Source of the DNA: Bacteroidota bacterium
GTDB taxonomy: Bacteria; Bacteroidota; Bacteroidia; Chitinophagales; JADIYW01
NCBI GenBank assembly: GCA_016705125.1
Contig: JADIYW010000002.1
Coordinates: 147,981-211,980, forward strand
Length of the DNA stretch: 64,000 nt
Direction: 5' to 3'
Shown: positions 19,686 to 28,532 of the stretch, in pieces
How positions within the stretch are numbered: position 1 is the stretch's first letter
Layout: every line of letters starts with the position of its first letter
Made by a program: the position numbers and the translations under genes
The notes under the pieces: generated by a model
Told to the model about the DNA's origin: nothing
The model's input: the letters and a program-made list of their open reading frames with translations, nothing else
Databases searched by the model: none

Positions 19686-19840
19686 AAATTATTGTTTTTA
19701 TTCTTATCTTCAAATAAAATTCTCTGGCTAGGACTTTCTGTGTCATCAAATTGTCCATCATTTACACTCCAAAAAAATGCCACTAAAAAACCACCTGCTA
19801 TACAAATACTAATGCATAATAATAGAATTATAACTGCCAT
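19682..19840 (-). CDS. ccoS: cbb3 oxidase maturation protein CcoS
   Basis: 52-aa ORF not in the track: MAVIILLLCISICIAGGFLVAFFWSVNDGQFDDTESPSQRILFEDKNKNNNL. The FxW-x4-GQFDD pattern is the CcoS/FixS signature. Its stop overlaps the ccoNO ATG (ATGA). Confidence 0.8.
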   Translation of the reverse strand: MAVIILLLCISICIAGGFLVAFFWSVNDGQFDDTESPSQRILFEDKNKNNNL

Positions 19841-19850
19841 TTTTTTTTAA

Positions 19851-20267
19851 TTAAGCCTGATCTAAAAAATATTTAATAATGTCTTTGGTTGTCACAATTC
19901 CCTTTAATTCTTGGCCTTCAACTACAGGCAATGCATGAAAATTCGCATTTGCAAACACCTCAGCAATTTCTAAAATAGAGTCTGTTGTTTCTACTACCAC
20001 AGGATTTTGTGTCATTAAATGACCTAATGTTAATGAATCTAATATTGCATCTAACCCTCCATCTTGATTATCATACAAAGTATTAATTGATAAGCGATTA
20101 ATATCAGAACTGCTTATAATTCCTACTATCTCATTACCTCGCATAATTGGAAGATGATGAATGTTTTCGGATTTAAAAATACCTGCAACTGTCCTCAAAT
20201 CAGCTGTTTCTAAAATTGAATGCACATTTTTTGTCATAATGTGGCTAACTGGCTCCCTCTTTTTCAT
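19851..20267 (-). CDS. CBS domain-pair protein
   Basis: 138 aa forming two CBS repeats (HHLPIMRGNEIVGIISSSDI and HALPVVEGQELKGIVTTKDI). Confidence 0.85.
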   Translation of the reverse strand: MKKREPVSHIMTKNVHSILETADLRTVAGIFKSENIHHLPIMRGNEIVGIISSSDINRLSINTLYDNQDGGLDAILDSLTLGHLMTQNPVVVETTDSILEIAEVFANANFHALPVVEGQELKGIVTTKDIIKYFLDQA

Positions 20268-20300
20268 ATTGATTTTAATTAATTAATTTAAAAATTTTAT

Positions 20301-22712
20301 CTATTTTAGTTTACATTTTTTAGCAAAAAATTCAGACATTCCATAAGTAATAAATATTATAGTAATGGAACTTAATGGCATTAAGATTGCAGCAATCATA
20401 GGAGAAAGGACGCCTTGCATTGCATATTTTAGACCAATAAGATTATACACCACTGAAATTAAAAAACTAAAAATAATTATTTTTCTGCCAATTGTTGCAA
20501 ATCGAATGAAATCAACCAAATTATTTAATTTGGTTGCATCTATTACACCATCACTTGCAGGAGTAAAATTATTATTGGTATCTGATACCACTATTCCAAT
20601 ATCACTCTGCTTTAAAGCTCCCGCGTCATTTAGTCCATCACCTACCATCATTACTATTTCATTATTCATTTGCAATTTTTGAATATATTGCAACTTTTCT
20701 TCTGGACTTTGATTGAAATAAACAGCACTTTCTTTTCCGAACAATTTTTCAATGTTTATCAATTCATTTGCATTATCTCCAGAAATTAAAGAAACTGAAA
20801 ATTGTTGCTTTAGCCTTTGTATTAGCTTATCCATTCCATTTCGGTATTTGTTGCTGATTACAAAATCGCCAATAATTTTTCCATCTATAGAAACAACCAC
20901 TTTAGTACCTGATTTATTTACATCAAATGACCCTCCAACAAAACTAGGAGAACCCAATTTTATATGACATTCATCTATCCAACCTTCTATCCCATTTCCT
21001 TCTATTTCTTTAAAATGATTCACAAATGACAATCCCTTCTCATTCAAATAACTAAGAACCATCTTACTGGCAGGATGTGCCGAATGCTGCAATAAAGAAG
21101 CTAGTTGATGCCTCCTTTCTGCACTCAAAACAGTACCAATATATCGAACATCTGAATCTGAATTTTGAGTAAGGGTACCTGTTTTGTCAAAAACAATATG
21201 CTTTATTTTGGAAAGAGATTCAATTATTTCAGGTGATTTGAGATAAAATTTATTCAACCCAAATATTCTAACAATATTTCCATAAGTAAAATTAGTAGAA
21301 AGCAAAAGGGCACAAGGACAAGCAACTATTAAAACACTGGTAATTGCGTTCCACATCAATTGCTCCTTACCATTTAAATACCAATAAAAACCTGCTAAAA
21401 AACCAACAAATAAGACGAAATAGGTGAAATATTTCCCTATGATATCAAAATTACTTTCTTTTATTCCTTTATCTTTACTAAAAACTGGATTATTCCATAA
21501 ATTGGTAAGGTAACTTTGTGAAACTTCCTTTACAACCAACAATTCTAAAATTCCACCTATTTGTCTGCCGCCAGCATAAACCAACTCTCCAACATTTAAA
21601 GCAATTGGCAAACTTTCGCCACTCACAAAACTATAATCAATTTTTGCTTTTCCTTTCGATAAAATCGCATCCACAGGAATAATTTCGTTTGAATGAATTT
21701 GTATAATATCACCTTCTTTAATATCAGAAATCTCGACGGGTATAATTATATTATCTTTGATTACATTTAAAGCAATTGGGAAAAATGATTTATAATCTCT
21801 ATCAAAAGCTATTGTTTGATATGTACGAGATTGCAACCATCTACCAATTAACATAAAAAAGACTATGCCACTTAAACTATCCAAATATCCATTGCTTATT
21901 CCATTTGAAATTTCATAAATGCTTCTTAAAAAAGTAATAACTAGCGCTATGGAAACTGGCAAATCTATATTTATATATTTATTTTTTAAGCCATTCCATG
22001 CAGAAACAAAAAATTCGGATGCAGCATAAAATAAAACTGGAATGGATAGCAACAAACTAAACACTTTGAAAAAAATAGAAATTTTTGGCTCTATTAATTT
22101 AGAAAAATCTAAATATTCTGCCAAACTCATCATCATGATATTTCCAAAACAAAAACCAGCTAATCCAATTTTATACCACCTTGAACGGTCAGTTTTTGGC
22201 CTGGCATTCGAGGAAAGATCATTTAAACTTAAATAGGGCTCATAACCAATATTTGCAAGCGTTTCTACCAATTGTCTTAAAGAAATATCTTTGCTATTAA
22301 ATGCTATAAAGACTTCTTTTTTAGTAAAATTAACCCTACTTGAAATTATACCTGGCATTATCTTATATAAATTTTCCAAAAGCCAAAGACAGCTACTACA
22401 GTGTATTTGTGGCAGGTAAAAAGTTATATGGGTTTGTCCATCTGATTGAAAATCAATTAATTTATGCTGAATTTCCACATTTTCAAGAAAGTCGTATTTG
22501 TCCTTTCTACTTTCTCTCTTTTGTACCTGCCCAGGAAACTTATTTAATGCATAATAATCACATAATTCATTCTCATTCAATAATTCATATACGGATTTAC
22601 ATCCATGACAACAAAAATATTTCTCCCCAACACTTACATTTTGTGTTGTACATAAATCGCCACAGTGATAGCAATTTACAACTGGCTTAGAAATATTTTG
22701 TTTGTTTGCCAT
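20301..22712 (-). CDS. ccoI: heavy-metal (copper) translocating P-type ATPase, CcoI/FixI-like
   Basis: 803 aa with an N-terminal Cys-rich metal-binding region (CYHCGDLC, CCHGC), TM CPC motif, phosphorylation site DKTGTLT and hinge GDGLNDAGAL. Confidence 0.9.
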   Translation of the reverse strand: MANKQNISKPVVNCYHCGDLCTTQNVSVGEKYFCCHGCKSVYELLNENELCDYYALNKFPGQVQKRESRKDKYDFLENVEIQHKLIDFQSDGQTHITFYLPQIHCSSCLWLLENLYKIMPGIISSRVNFTKKEVFIAFNSKDISLRQLVETLANIGYEPYLSLNDLSSNARPKTDRSRWYKIGLAGFCFGNIMMMSLAEYLDFSKLIEPKISIFFKVFSLLLSIPVLFYAASEFFVSAWNGLKNKYINIDLPVSIALVITFLRSIYEISNGISNGYLDSLSGIVFFMLIGRWLQSRTYQTIAFDRDYKSFFPIALNVIKDNIIIPVEISDIKEGDIIQIHSNEIIPVDAILSKGKAKIDYSFVSGESLPIALNVGELVYAGGRQIGGILELLVVKEVSQSYLTNLWNNPVFSKDKGIKESNFDIIGKYFTYFVLFVGFLAGFYWYLNGKEQLMWNAITSVLIVACPCALLLSTNFTYGNIVRIFGLNKFYLKSPEIIESLSKIKHIVFDKTGTLTQNSDSDVRYIGTVLSAERRHQLASLLQHSAHPASKMVLSYLNEKGLSFVNHFKEIEGNGIEGWIDECHIKLGSPSFVGGSFDVNKSGTKVVVSIDGKIIGDFVISNKYRNGMDKLIQRLKQQFSVSLISGDNANELINIEKLFGKESAVYFNQSPEEKLQYIQKLQMNNEIVMMVGDGLNDAGALKQSDIGIVVSDTNNNFTPASDGVIDATKLNNLVDFIRFATIGRKIIIFSFLISVVYNLIGLKYAMQGVLSPMIAAILMPLSSITIIFITYGMSEFFAKKCKLK

Positions 22713-22718
22713 TATAAA

Positions 22719-23162
22719 TTAAACATGTTTTATTGTCAAAACTGGACATGTTGCACCTCGCAAAACCGACTCAGCAACACTGCCCATGAGCAATCGTCCC
22801 AAACCCTTTCTACCATGAGTACCCATCACAATTAAATCAAACCCATCTTTCTTTTGTGTATTTACAATAAATTCCGCTGGATCGTTATCTAATTCAATTT
22901 TATAAACAATATTGTATTCTGGATAAAGACTCCTAATCGCTTTTAGCTTTTGTTCCAAGGCGTCTTCTGTCGTTTTTCTTATTTCATCGGACTTTACATC
23001 ATAGTAGGTAAACCCATTAGGGTCAATAAAATAGGGCAACTGAATAATGTGTAAAAGGGTTATCTCAGTATCATTGTCAGCCATTTTCAAGGCAAATAAT
23101 AAGGACTCTTCCGCATTTTTAGAAAAGTCGTAGGGACAAAGTATTTTGCTAAATTTTTTCAT
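22719..23162 (-). CDS. universal stress protein (UspA family)
   Basis: Start taken at MKKFSKILCPYDFS. The C-terminal GTHGRKGLGRLLMGSVAESV is the Usp ATP-binding motif. Confidence 0.85.
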   Translation of the reverse strand: MKKFSKILCPYDFSKNAEESLLFALKMADNDTEITLLHIIQLPYFIDPNGFTYYDVKSDEIRKTTEDALEQKLKAIRSLYPEYNIVYKIELDNDPAEFIVNTQKKDGFDLIVMGTHGRKGLGRLLMGSVAESVLRGATCPVLTIKHV

Positions 23163-23230
23163 ATTGTATTTATTTTTAATTAAAACCAAATAATATTAAT
23201 ATCCTTTTATCTTTTTTTATTGCTAACAAA

Positions 23231-23665
23231 TCATTCATTTTTTAGAAAAAACTTACCTGAGTCTAATTTCTCATTAAAATCTCCTATTGTATTATTTTCT
23301 ATCATGTGAATTAATCTTTTTTTTATTTCCTTAAATTCAAAATGGACAGGGCAAGGATTTTTTTCAGAACAAGCTTTTAAACCCAAAACACAATCTGAAT
23401 ACAATTTATCACCATCCATTGCTTTTACTATATCAGAAATACTAATTTTAAAATCCCTTTCCGTCATATAAAACCCTCCATTTGGCCCTTTAATTGACTG
23501 TACTAACCTCTTGCGTCCTAATTCCTGCATTATTTTTGCAATAAAATGTTCCGGAGAATCCGTTCCCTTTGCTATTTCCTTTACTCCTACCCTTGTTTCT
23601 TCCTTTGATTTTTGAGCCACAAAAATCATCGCTTTAATCGCATATTCACAAGTTTTAGAAAACAT
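23231..23665 (-). CDS. Rrf2-family transcriptional regulator
   Basis: 144 aa. The N-terminal MFSKTCEYAIKAMIFVAQ is a winged-helix region and there are three spaced Cys (C..C.....C) typical of Fe-S Rrf2 regulators. Confidence 0.9.
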   Translation of the reverse strand: MFSKTCEYAIKAMIFVAQKSKEETRVGVKEIAKGTDSPEHFIAKIMQELGRKRLVQSIKGPNGGFYMTERDFKISISDIVKAMDGDKLYSDCVLGLKACSEKNPCPVHFEFKEIKKRLIHMIENNTIGDFNEKLDSGKFFLKNE

Positions 23666-23958
23666 CTATCCGTCCATTTTTATTTACGATTCAAATATAA
23701 ATCTAATATTTTAAAATTAAAAGAGTTTATTATCTTTTATTATCCACAATTTAAAAATACATGACCATCATCATCATATATCGCTAATCTTCAATTATTT
23801 ACAAAAAATTAAAAAATTGGAGTAATTACTATTTAATAATAAATAAAAGTTGGAACTTATGCTTCAACAAAAAATATTAAACAACAAATAGTAAATCCTA
23901 CAAAAAATTAAAAAATTAACTAAAAACCAATTTTATCCTTATTTTTAGCAAAAATTAA

Positions 23959-24573
23959 ATGAAATTAAAAATGAAAAAATTTATTTTACTTTTACTACTT
24001 GTTTCATCAAAGACCGTTTTTGCCCAAACAAACTATATGGATGAAATTGTAAGTGAATCATGCGATTGTATTGAACATATTTCAAAAGAATTAGACTCCG
24101 AAACCTATACCATGCAATTGGGACTTTGTATGATAAAAGCCTCTATGCCCTACAAAAAGCAATTGAAAAAAGACCATAATATAAACCTAGATAATATAAT
24201 TAAAGACGCTGAAAAATTAGGCGAAGTAATAGGCGTTCAATTGGCTCTAACCTGTCCAGAAGCCCTAATGTTTGCAACTGAACAAATTGAAGGAACTGAA
24301 GATAAAGATAACGAAGGAATGTTTATTATTGGAACTATAACTAAAGTAGAAACAGAACAATTTGTTGTATTTACATTAAAAGATGGAATGGGAAAATCGG
24401 CTAAATACTATTGGATTTATGGAATTGAAACTGATGAGGATTTAGTAGCTATTTATAAAGATTTAATTGGAGAAAAAGTAAATCTAGATTATGAAATGGT
24501 AGATATTTTTGATCCAAAAATTGGAGAATATCGGTCTTGCAATGTTATTACGGCTTTTGCATTTGTAAACTAA
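23959..24573 (+). CDS. secreted hypothetical protein
   Basis: 204-aa ORF with a signal peptide (KKFILLLLLVSSKTVFAQ). No recognisable catalytic motif. Confidence 0.55.
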   Translation: MKLKMKKFILLLLLVSSKTVFAQTNYMDEIVSESCDCIEHISKELDSETYTMQLGLCMIKASMPYKKQLKKDHNINLDNIIKDAEKLGEVIGVQLALTCPEALMFATEQIEGTEDKDNEGMFIIGTITKVETEQFVVFTLKDGMGKSAKYYWIYGIETDEDLVAIYKDLIGEKVNLDYEMVDIFDPKIGEYRSCNVITAFAFVN

Positions 24574-24584
24574 AAAAATTAAAT

Positions 24585-25631
24585 ATGATAACAGCAAAAG
24601 GATATGCAACCCACTCCCCTTCTGACAAATTAAAACCTTGGAATTTCGAAAGGAGAGAAATTGGACCAAATGATGTAAAAATAGAAATTTTATTTTCAGG
24701 GGTTTGCCATTCAGATATCCATCAAGCGCGAAGCGAATGGTTTCCAGGCATTTACCCTATGGTGCCTGGCCATGAAATAGTAGGAAGAATAACCGAAATT
24801 GGTTCTGCAATTACTAAATTTAAAATAAATCAATTGGCGGGAGTTGGTTGTATGGTAGATTCATGCCAACAATGCAATAATTGCCAAAAAGGTTTTGAGC
24901 AGTTCTGCGAAGTAGGAAAAACAGTTTTCACCTATAATTCATTGGAAAAAGACGGAAAAACACCCACTTACGGGGGTTATTCTAATATAATTGTGGTAAA
25001 CGAAAATTTTGTTTTGAGTGTTTCTGACAAATTGCCACTCGAGGGCGTTGCTCCTTTATTATGCGCCGGAATTACGACTTACTCCCCAATTCGGAAATGG
25101 AATATTGGAAAAGGACACAAAGTGGCAGTACTCGGTTTGGGTGGATTAGGACACATGGCCGTAAAATTTGCGGTTGCTTTTGGAGCTGAAGTAAGTGTTT
25201 TAAGCACTTCTCCAGACAAAGAACAAGATGCTTATAAACTTGGAGCACATAATTTTTACCATACAAAAGATGAAGAGCAAGTAAAACAACTTACAAACCA
25301 ATTCGATTTTATAATCGATACGGTTTCGGCAGCGCATAATTACGATATGTACCTAAAAATGTTGGCCGCAAATGGTGTTCAAATTTTAGTTGGAATTCCA
25401 TCTACGCCAATTCAATTCAGCGGGTTTTCGCTACTTACTAACGGTCGAAGTATTTCTGCATCTTCCATCGGAGGTATTCCTGAAACACAAGAAATGCTAG
25501 ATTTTTGTGCATTACATAATATCGTTTCGGATATAGAACTAATAAATATAAATTATATCAACGAAGCATACGAAAGAGTTCTGAAAAGCGATGTAAAATA
25601 TAGATTTGTAATCGATTGCAGCACATTATAG
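24585..25631 (+). CDS. zinc-dependent NAD(P) alcohol dehydrogenase (cinnamyl-alcohol dehydrogenase/YahK-like)
   Basis: Start at MITAKGYATHS, with zinc motif GVCHSDIH, structural-zinc Cys cluster CQQCNNCQKGFEQFC and Rossmann motif GLGGLGH. Confidence 0.9.
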   Translation: MITAKGYATHSPSDKLKPWNFERREIGPNDVKIEILFSGVCHSDIHQARSEWFPGIYPMVPGHEIVGRITEIGSAITKFKINQLAGVGCMVDSCQQCNNCQKGFEQFCEVGKTVFTYNSLEKDGKTPTYGGYSNIIVVNENFVLSVSDKLPLEGVAPLLCAGITTYSPIRKWNIGKGHKVAVLGLGGLGHMAVKFAVAFGAEVSVLSTSPDKEQDAYKLGAHNFYHTKDEEQVKQLTNQFDFIIDTVSAAHNYDMYLKMLAANGVQILVGIPSTPIQFSGFSLLTNGRSISASSIGGIPETQEMLDFCALHNIVSDIELININYINEAYERVLKSDVKYRFVIDCSTL

Positions 25632-25987
25632 ACTCGTAGAGTCGAGATTTTTAGATTTTAGACTTTTTTAGTTATTAAGTTAGTGAGTTATTGATTATTG
25701 GCTTATTTTTTTATTCATCATTAAAAATTCAACATTCTTAAAGTCTTGTTTCTTGACTCTTGGTTCCATCCAACATTCCAAAAGTCTTGGTTCTTAACTC
25801 TTCTTTCTATTAAACATTAAAAATTAAGCATTCAACATTTTACTTGTCTTGATTCTTTTTTCTAAAAATCTTGTCTCTATTCAAAATTAAGCATTTAACA
25901 TTAACCATTAATATTGCTGTTATTTTTTTGCTAAACAAAAAATGAATTCATTAATTATTGCTATTTTTGTACAAATAATATACATTT

Positions 25988-27106
25988 ATGACAAAGTTAA
26001 ACCCAACTATTGTTTGGATTTTAAGAGGAATTATTGCTTTCCTATTCGTATTTTCTGCCATATCCAAACTATTTCCTATTGAGGCATTTGAGAAACAATT
26101 GGTCGATTTAAAAATCACTAATTGGTGTTTAGCACCAGCACTGGCAAGAGCTATCATCGCATGGGAATTATTCTTGGGCCTCTGTTTTTTGCAAAATCAC
26201 TTCTTCAAAAAGTTTATTATTCCATTAACCGTTGGTTTATTGGTCGCCTTTTGTATTCATCTGGGATACCAAATATTTTTATACGGAAATGAAGGAAATT
26301 GTGGCTGTATGGGACAATTAATACCTATGACGCCATTGCAAGCCATTATAAAAAACATTATTGCGCTTATATTAATTGGTATAATTTACTTAAATACACC
26401 AAACAAAAAAAACAGTCTTCACCGATATCCTACTATCATTTTAATCATTTGCTATGTATTTATTTTTGGATATTTCCAATCTGTTTGTTGCTGCGATACA
26501 ACCCCAATTTTGCCTTCAAATTGGACAAATACAAATACTGACACTACAAATACTTTAATAGACAATCAAACAATTAGCACCAACGACACCGCACGAACAT
26601 TAGTTAATCAACCAGCTACCATTAAAACTAAAAAAGACTCAACCAAAAAAAATACACCAGTTAATACACCAATTAGCACACCAAGTATTCCAAAAACTGT
26701 TTCTGTATTTGCCCCTTATACTCAATTTAGTGGTGGAAAAACGGTAAATTTAGATGAAGGAAAAAAATTAGTTTGTGTATTTAATACCATGTGCGACCAT
26801 TGTATGGATGCGGCTAAAAAAATAACTGATTTGGCAAAAACAACAAAAACGCCTCCAGTTTATGTTTTATTTTGGAGCGAAAACAATTCCAAGGGCGAAA
26901 AATTAGAAAAAGAGATAGAAGAATTTTACAAATATGCTGGAAATAGTTACCCATATACTGTAATTGAAACACCTGCATTCTTTAGGTTATTGGGTAATGC
27001 ACCATCGCCACCAAGAATCGCCGTTTTGTCGGAAGGCAATGTAGTTGGAGATTTTTCAGAAGAAAGTTTGACAAAGGACGCACTTACAAGAGCATACAAT
27101 TTTTAA
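25988..27106 (+). CDS. MauE/DoxX-like membrane domain fused to a thioredoxin-like (CxxC) domain
   Basis: 372 aa. The N-terminal half has 4-5 TM helices (ILRGIIAFLFVFSAISKL), followed by a Thr/Pro/Asn-rich linker and a C-terminal domain with CDHC in a TlpA-like context. Confidence 0.6.
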   Translation: MTKLNPTIVWILRGIIAFLFVFSAISKLFPIEAFEKQLVDLKITNWCLAPALARAIIAWELFLGLCFLQNHFFKKFIIPLTVGLLVAFCIHLGYQIFLYGNEGNCGCMGQLIPMTPLQAIIKNIIALILIGIIYLNTPNKKNSLHRYPTIILIICYVFIFGYFQSVCCCDTTPILPSNWTNTNTDTTNTLIDNQTISTNDTARTLVNQPATIKTKKDSTKKNTPVNTPISTPSIPKTVSVFAPYTQFSGGKTVNLDEGKKLVCVFNTMCDHCMDAAKKITDLAKTTKTPPVYVLFWSENNSKGEKLEKEIEEFYKYAGNSYPYTVIETPAFFRLLGNAPSPPRIAVLSEGNVVGDFSEESLTKDALTRAYNF

Positions 27107-27114
27107 TTAAATAC

Positions 27115-28296
27115 ATGAATTATACATCATTAAAAGAATTAATTGAAATTGATTCACCAACAGGATTCACCCATATTGCAGCTGAATATTGTTTCAATTA
27201 TTTAAAAAATTTAGGTTTTAACCCTACCTATACCATTAAAGGTGCAGTAAAATGCAGTTTGGGTGAAAATCCAACGCTTTGTATTGCAGGGCATTTAGAT
27301 ACTTTAGGCGCTATTATAAGTTCAATTAATGGTGATGGAACTTTATCCATTTCGCTTCTTGGTGGACTTTCGATGAATATGGCCGAAGGTGAGTATTGCC
27401 GAATCCATACCCACGAAGGTCGAATTTATACTGGCACGCTCTTGCTCAACAATCCTTCTGCACATGCCAATAAAGATTTGGATTCGACGAAAAGGAATAT
27501 TGAATCCATGCATATCAGGTTAGATGAATTGGTAGAAAACAAAAATGATGTTTTAAAATTAGGCATTCAAGTTGGCGATATTATTGCATTTGACACCCGA
27601 TATCAGGAATTAGAAAGCGGTTTTATAAAATCGAGGTATTTAGATAATAAAGCAGGTTGTTTTGTATTATTTGAAATAGCTGAAAGGGCAAAAAAAATGG
27701 AAAAATCATTTCCTGTGGAGTTGTTTTTTTCTAATTATGAAGAAGTTGGACATGGCGCATCAGGTGGATTTGCGCCAACAATTAAAGACATGTTGGTGAT
27801 TGATATGGGCGTAGTTGGCCATAATGTAGAGGGCAAGGAAACTGCTTGTTCTATTTGTGCAAAGGACAGTACCGGCCCTTATGACTATAATTTTAGAAAA
27901 GAATTGGTAGAGTTGTGCCGAAAAAACAATATCCCATACAATGTCGATATTTATCCATTTTATGGAAGCGATGGAAGTGCAGCACTTCGGGCTGGCAACC
28001 AATTTAGAGTAGCATTAATTGGAATGGGAGTTGCAGCATCTCATGGCGTGGAGCGCACCCACAAAAAAGGCATTGAAGCAACACTTGATTTGTGTATGGC
28101 TTATATTGAGGGGTTGCATTTTGCCGAAAGACGCGGGGGGGGGGGGGGGGGGCGGGGGGGTGAACCCCCCTACTTACAAAATAATTTAAACTACAAAATC
28201 CCCAACAACAATTCAGCAGGTCTCGCAATTACTGCCTTATTGCCATTTATAACTATTGGTCTTTCTATCAAAATTGGATTTTCAATCATTATATAA
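27115..28296 (+). CDS. M42-family metallo-aminopeptidase; the last ~50 codons are probably read-through across a poly-G tract
   Basis: M42 hallmarks are present (IEIDSPTGFT, AGHLDTLG, DNKAGC, NYEEVGHGA). Recognisable similarity ends near 28130. The ORF then crosses G17-C-G7 (giving RRGGGGGGRGG) and overlaps the convergent ArsC-family gene. Confidence 0.8.
   Translation: MNYTSLKELIEIDSPTGFTHIAAEYCFNYLKNLGFNPTYTIKGAVKCSLGENPTLCIAGHLDTLGAIISSINGDGTLSISLLGGLSMNMAEGEYCRIHTHEGRIYTGTLLLNNPSAHANKDLDSTKRNIESMHIRLDELVENKNDVLKLGIQVGDIIAFDTRYQELESGFIKSRYLDNKAGCFVLFEIAERAKKMEKSFPVELFFSNYEEVGHGASGGFAPTIKDMLVIDMGVVGHNVEGKETACSICAKDSTGPYDYNFRKELVELCRKNNIPYNVDIYPFYGSDGSAALRAGNQFRVALIGMGVAASHGVERTHKKGIEATLDLCMAYIEGLHFAERRGGGGGGRGGEPPYLQNNLNYKIPNNNSAGLAITALLPFITIGLSIKIGFSIII
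28136..28160 (+). repeat. homopolymeric tract G17-C-G7, followed by TGAA-C6
   Basis: Counted directly: G at 28136-28152, C at 28153, G at 28154-28160, then TGAA and C at 28165-28170. The G7/C6 pair can form a hairpin. It lies between convergent genes. Confidence 0.95.
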
Positions 28297-28532
28297 ATCC
28301 ATTCTGAGTCGGTAAAAATTTTGCCTTTATATTTTTCGATAAATACGGTTTCCTTTTTACGAATCAAATCGATTGGCTTTATCCCTAATTTTTCTAAAAC
28401 AATTTTTAATTCCTCGTGTGTAGGAATTTCTTGTAAATAAGCTTTTATTTCAAATGCTTGTCCACTTTCTTCTAGCAATTGTATGGCGCTTCTACTTTTG
28501 CCACACCTTGAATTGTGATATACTTGAATCAT
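28191..28532 (-). CDS. ArsC/Spx-family protein (YffB-like)
   Basis: 113 aa. The N-terminal [14 protein letters not shown] has the ArsC-family CxxS redox motif in a thioredoxin-like fold context. Confidence 0.85.
   Translation of the reverse strand: MIQVYHNSRCGKSRSAIQLLEESGQAFEIKAYLQEIPTHEELKIVLEKLGIKPIDLIRKKETVFIEKYKGKIFTDSEWIYIMIENPILIERPIVINGNKAVIARPAELLLGIL

Noticed and set aside
19546-19761. 71-aa minus-strand track ORF overlapping the ccoNO start
   Set aside because: It lies in a different frame from both ccoNO and the well-supported 52-aa CcoS gene (19682-19840) that occupies this DNA, and its sequence has no protein-like features.
25631-25643. GACTC-GTA-GAGTC hairpin after the alcohol dehydrogenase stop as a terminator
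   Set aside because: The stem is only 5 bp with a 3-nt loop and a weak T tract, which is too weak to call with confidence.
28004-28228. 74-aa minus-strand ORF with a PPAPPPPPR stretch
   Set aside because: It is simply the reverse translation of the poly-G tract inside the peptidase/ArsC convergent region, with no independent support.
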